In this document: piece by piece, positions 59,683 to 64,000 of the stretch | Numbering within the stretch: position 1 is the first letter of the stretch | Layout: every line of letters begins with the position of its first letter | Source of the DNA: Octopus bimaculoides | Taxonomy: Eukaryota | Assembly: GCF_001194135.2 (NCBI RefSeq) | Contig: NC_068987.1 | Span: 55,049,456-55,113,455, forward strand | Length of the DNA stretch: 64,000 nt | Direction: 5' to 3' | Position numbers and translations under genes: made by a program | Notes under the pieces: generated by a model | What the model saw: only the letters and a program-made list of their open reading frames with translations | Databases searched by the model: none | Told to the model about the DNA's origin: nothing

Positions 59683-62600
59683 ATAGTTGTCACTATTTTA
59701 GAAATGTATGGTCCAAATCTGCTTTAATGATTATTTACAGTGGGTATTGGATATTTGACTGCATTTTATATAGACTTTTGTCGCCCTTTTTCACATTGTC
59801 ATTTACAACTCTGCCAAATGATTGAGTTGAAATGTTTTTGATGTAAACTTATAGATAGATTTCTGTTCACCCAGGGCCACTTTCTGTTAGATATTGCTGA
59901 AGTACTTACTGGTTTGATTATAAGGCTCTGTCAGTGTATGTGTGTGTGTATGTATGTGTAAAATCTTTCATGGCACTGCATCTAATCCCTTTCATCTCCT
60001 CAATGTCTGGAAGTGATTTTAGTAGCTGCTTCATAGAACTTGCCAAACTATAAATCATGTGATCAACGGATGAATTGATACTTTCAAGTCTCTAGCTGCT
60101 GGAACCTTTTACAATGGTTTTGTTCTTTGACTATTTATTTTCTGTGTAAGTCTAGTTACATATTAAAATTGATAAAGTTAACTGACATATATAAAACTTG
60201 TAACATATATGTGTGTGTGTGTGTAATATATATGTGTATATATATATTTATGTATATGTATGTGTGTATGTATTATGCATGTATGTATACAGACATGTAT
60301 ATATGAGTGTGTGTATGTACGTATATATATATATATATATATATATATATNNNNNNNNNNNNNNNNNNNNNNNNNNNNNNNNNNNNNNNNNNNNNNNNNN
60401 NNNNNNNNNNNNNNNNNNNNNNNNNNNNNNNNNNNNNNNNNNNNNNNNNNNNNNNNNNNNNNNNNNNNNNNNNNNNNNNNNNNNNNNNNNNNNNNNNNNN
60501 NNNNNNNNNNNNNNNNNNNNNNNNNNNNNNNNNNNNNNNNNNNNNNNNNNNNNNNNNNNNNNNNNNNNNNNNNNNNNNNNNNNNNNNNNNNNNNNNNNNN
60601 NNNNNNNNNNNNNNNNNNNNNNNNNNNNNNNNNNNNNNNNNNNNNNNNNNNNNNNNNNNNNNNNNNNNNNNNNNNNNNNNNNNNNNNNNNNNNNNNNNNN
60701 NNNNNNNNNNNNNNNNNNNNNNNNNNNNNNGCTATGAAACCATGTGGAGCTGCCAAAAATAATCTAGTTGCAAAATTGTCAAGATTTAAAATTTCCAGTA
60801 GATTTCAAACATTCATGAAAAAAATAAATAATAAATAATCTTACAAGTTTTAAAAGAAAATTAAAGCTATTACTTAGTATGATTTGCAGGAGTGCAATTA
60901 TTTAATAATAATTTTTTTTTATAAATGGTTGGAAATCATTGCAAGGGTTAAGAGCTGTTGTTATTCTTAGGCAGGGGTGATTTTGTACTGACTGTACAAG
61001 TGTTGAAAGATTTCCGCAGAATCCAATTATGTTTTTGAACTAGCTCTTAAAATATTGCAAAAATAATGAGTCTGCTACTGTTGTTGTTGTTCTTTAGCCC
61101 TAGGCCAGGTCCTATCATGTAGACTTATGACTGAAGGCATTCCAGCTGTGATCATTCTTTTTGTATATTGTTGACTACAATGCTAGCATAGGTTGGACAG
61201 TTCGACTGGTTCCAATCAGTTGGAGAACCATGTCTTGCTGTAGTGTAGGGGCTTAGACTGTTAATTATTTGTACACGTCTCTGCTTTAGGCAATAGGATT
61301 TGAATAAAGGGAGATTTAGCTATTTCTGTTAAAGCAAGGACTTAGAGCAGGGGTTTTGGTTTTTGCTTAATTATATATATAGAGGAGTGTGTATGTGCAA
61401 GCTAAGGCAACCAACTGGCCGAGTCATTAAGTCGACGGATGGGTTGTTTAGTTGTAATTGTTCTGGTTCTCTGCATCCTGAGTTCAAATCCTACTGAGAT
61501 AAACTTTGTCCTACTTCTTTTCGGGATAAGTAAATAAATTACCAGTCTAGTAATGAAGCCGACTCCTCTCTCTCTTTTTGCTCATTCCGGAAGAAATCAA
61601 TTGTAATCAGAAGGATGGGTATGGCCAAGTCTAAAAAATACCCGAGACACACCATATATTATGGCAACACCCTTACAATTAATTCTATGAATGAGTTAAG
61701 TGCCCCAAAGCTTAGCATGGAATATGTGTAGACTGCATGGTGACAGTATACTAAACTTAGTTTACTGAGTGGCCAATTTATTGGAAATTATTAAGTTTGT
61801 TACTTAACTCGGGGATCAGTTTTTGGTTTAGTGGATTCCTGAGGTTTGTGATTGTTGAGGAGTTGTTGCTATGTGTAATGTTTAAACTGTCTAATTGTTC
61901 ACTTTTCGACATTTTACTGATTAAGAAGATAAAGCTGTTGAGTAACAATGATTAACACCTGGTGAATCAAGTATCTGACCTCATTTGTATTCCTAAGTGT
62001 CCTGGGTACTTTAAATTTAGCAGTGTTCACCCGTCTGTGGATAGGAGTGACAGAAAGGAAAAATAGAGAGAAGGAGAAAGAGAGGAGTCAGCCTCAGTAC
62101 TTGGCTGGTACTCTATTAACCTACCTCAAATGAAAAGAGGACGAAGTTGATATTCTACTTGATATTGTTGTTTCCCAGAAGAAAAGCATAAACACTGTTA
62201 TTTTGTTTCTTTTGTAAATATTGTATCATCATCATCATCATACTTCAGCCTTCCTTATATCATCATCATCATCATCATCATCATATTTCAGCCTTCCATA
62301 TTAGTATGAATTGGACAGTTCAGCTAGTTCCAGTCAGTTGGAGAACCATGTCTTGCTTGAGTTTCTCATTGTTCACATAGTTTTTATAGCTGGTTACTCT
62401 TCAAACTCTTTGGATATCTTTGAAATGAAAACCTTTTTTTTTTTTTTTTTTTTTTTTTTTTGTAAGTCTTAGATTTTAAGACCACATTCCTTAACTCTTT
62501 AGTGTTTAAATCTGCTATATCTGGCCAAAACATTCTATCTGTTTTATATTCAGATCAGCCAAATCTGACCTCACTCACCTATCCTACAATGTCGTTCTAG

Positions 62601-63926
62601 AAATAAACAAACGTGTTATTGAGACCTCAAAACTACAATATAATGCATAATTAATTGAAAACTATGTGAAAAAATATTATTGCTATTGATAGAGGAATCT
62701 CCATCATCATCGTTTAAACCTGCCTTCCATACTGGCATGGATTGGATGGTTTGACAGGAGCTAGTCAGATAGAAGACTACCCTAGGCTGCTGTTTTGGCA
62801 TGGTTTTTATGGCTGGATGCCCTTAAAACGCTAACCAACCTGCAGAGTGGACTGAGTGGGTTTTACAGCTGGATGCCCTTCCAAATGCCACCTACTTCCC
62901 AGTGTGGACTGGATGCTTTTTACGTGGCACCAGCACTGGTAGGGTCACCAAGTAACTTGCAAGACAAGGAATTTTGAGAGGGGAATGTGAATGCTAAAGG
63001 GTTGAAGATGGATAAATTATGGTTAGAACCTTGATAATATAAAACTCAGCTTCGACAATCTTGACAACATGATGGTTTGGTAGGGGCTAAGACTGTTAGT
63101 TATTTGTAAGTATTACAGCTGTGTACATGTCCTACTAATCTGCTCTGATAAAACTAATCTCTGCTACTGAACCCCAGTGACACCTGGAATCAAGACAGTT
63201 TCAGAAATAGCTCGTGTTGGAATTAGATTAGAAATAAATACAGAAGTGTATTCAGATTATAGTGAGATAAGACTTAATAGATTCCTTGTGAAATTCTGGT
63301 GCAAGTCCATGACCAAAATCTGTAGTTTCTGTTTCATATTATGACACACCAGTATACATCTCTTATTTCCCAAACCTGAAATAGCTTTCCCAATAACGAA
63401 TAATTTGTCAATGATAGAATTTGTATATCATCAGAAATGAACCTACATCACTAACAATTGTTCTTTTTTTTTTTTTTTGTGATATAAGTTAAACCAAACC
63501 ATCAATACAGTGGATTAGCTTTAAAGTGAACTCTGTTTCTCCAAGGTTCATCCAAACACATACTGTTCCTGTTCTTTGATGAAAAAATAAACCATGAATA
63601 TGATATTAAGAACACAAGCATGGCTATGTGGTAAGAAGTTTCCTTCGCAACCACATGGTTTGAGTTCAGTTCCACCGCGTGGCACCTTGGCCAAGTGTCT
63701 TTTATTATAGTTCCAGGCTGGCCAAAGCCTTGTAAGTGGATTTGGTACATGGAAACTGAAAAGAAGCCATCATGTATGTATGCATGCATGCATGTATGTA
63801 TATACTCATGCACACATATATTCATCATCATTTAACATCTGCTTTCCATGCTAGCAGTGGTAGGGCAGCTTGACAGGCGACCAGAGAACTACTGCAGGGG
63901 TGAGTCATGGTCTCTTTCTTTCTCTC

Positions 63927-64000
<74 letters not shown>

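Noticed and set aside
765-60838. Long X-filled ORFs in the supplied track (for example 27884-28909, 41066-42223, 46131-47306)
   Set aside because: They are open only because they cross N-gaps and microsatellites.

Overview
AT-rich, microsatellite-dense eukaryotic DNA with 13 N-gaps. The repeat content points to an octopus (coleoid cephalopod) assembly; this is inferred from the repeat families, not from a search. Most or all of the window appears to lie within introns of a + strand p120/delta-catenin family gene (CTNND2/PKP4-like). Two coding exons are recognisable: 23296-23367 (N-terminal coiled coil) and 56066-56247. They join in frame across a 32.7 kb intron. The upstream '...SVKEQ' exon and the Armadillo exons were not found in the window. 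The rest is a layered transposon landscape: at least four tRNA-headed SINE families, RTE LINE remnants and 3' tails, a full-length decayed DD34D mariner, a deleted DD37D maT element, and hAT and TTAA (piggyBac-like) MITEs. The most interesting signal is a set of short elements, most of them next to (TA)n, carrying minimal type I hammerhead ribozyme motifs. One has a complete core (minus strand, 25995-26061). One palindrome carries a U3-A8 core variant (about 10 kb). Two foldback hairpins have decayed hammerheads in their loops (55.5-55.9 kb). Further relics lie at 14.9, 37 and 42.5 kb. Other leads are a candidate recursive splice site masked by a U1-like 8-mer (56863-56912) and possible restorative A-to-I recoding in the coiled-coil exon. 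No CRISPR, rRNA or genuine tRNA gene is supported. Almost all ORFs in the supplied track are artefacts of gaps, microsatellites or SINEs.
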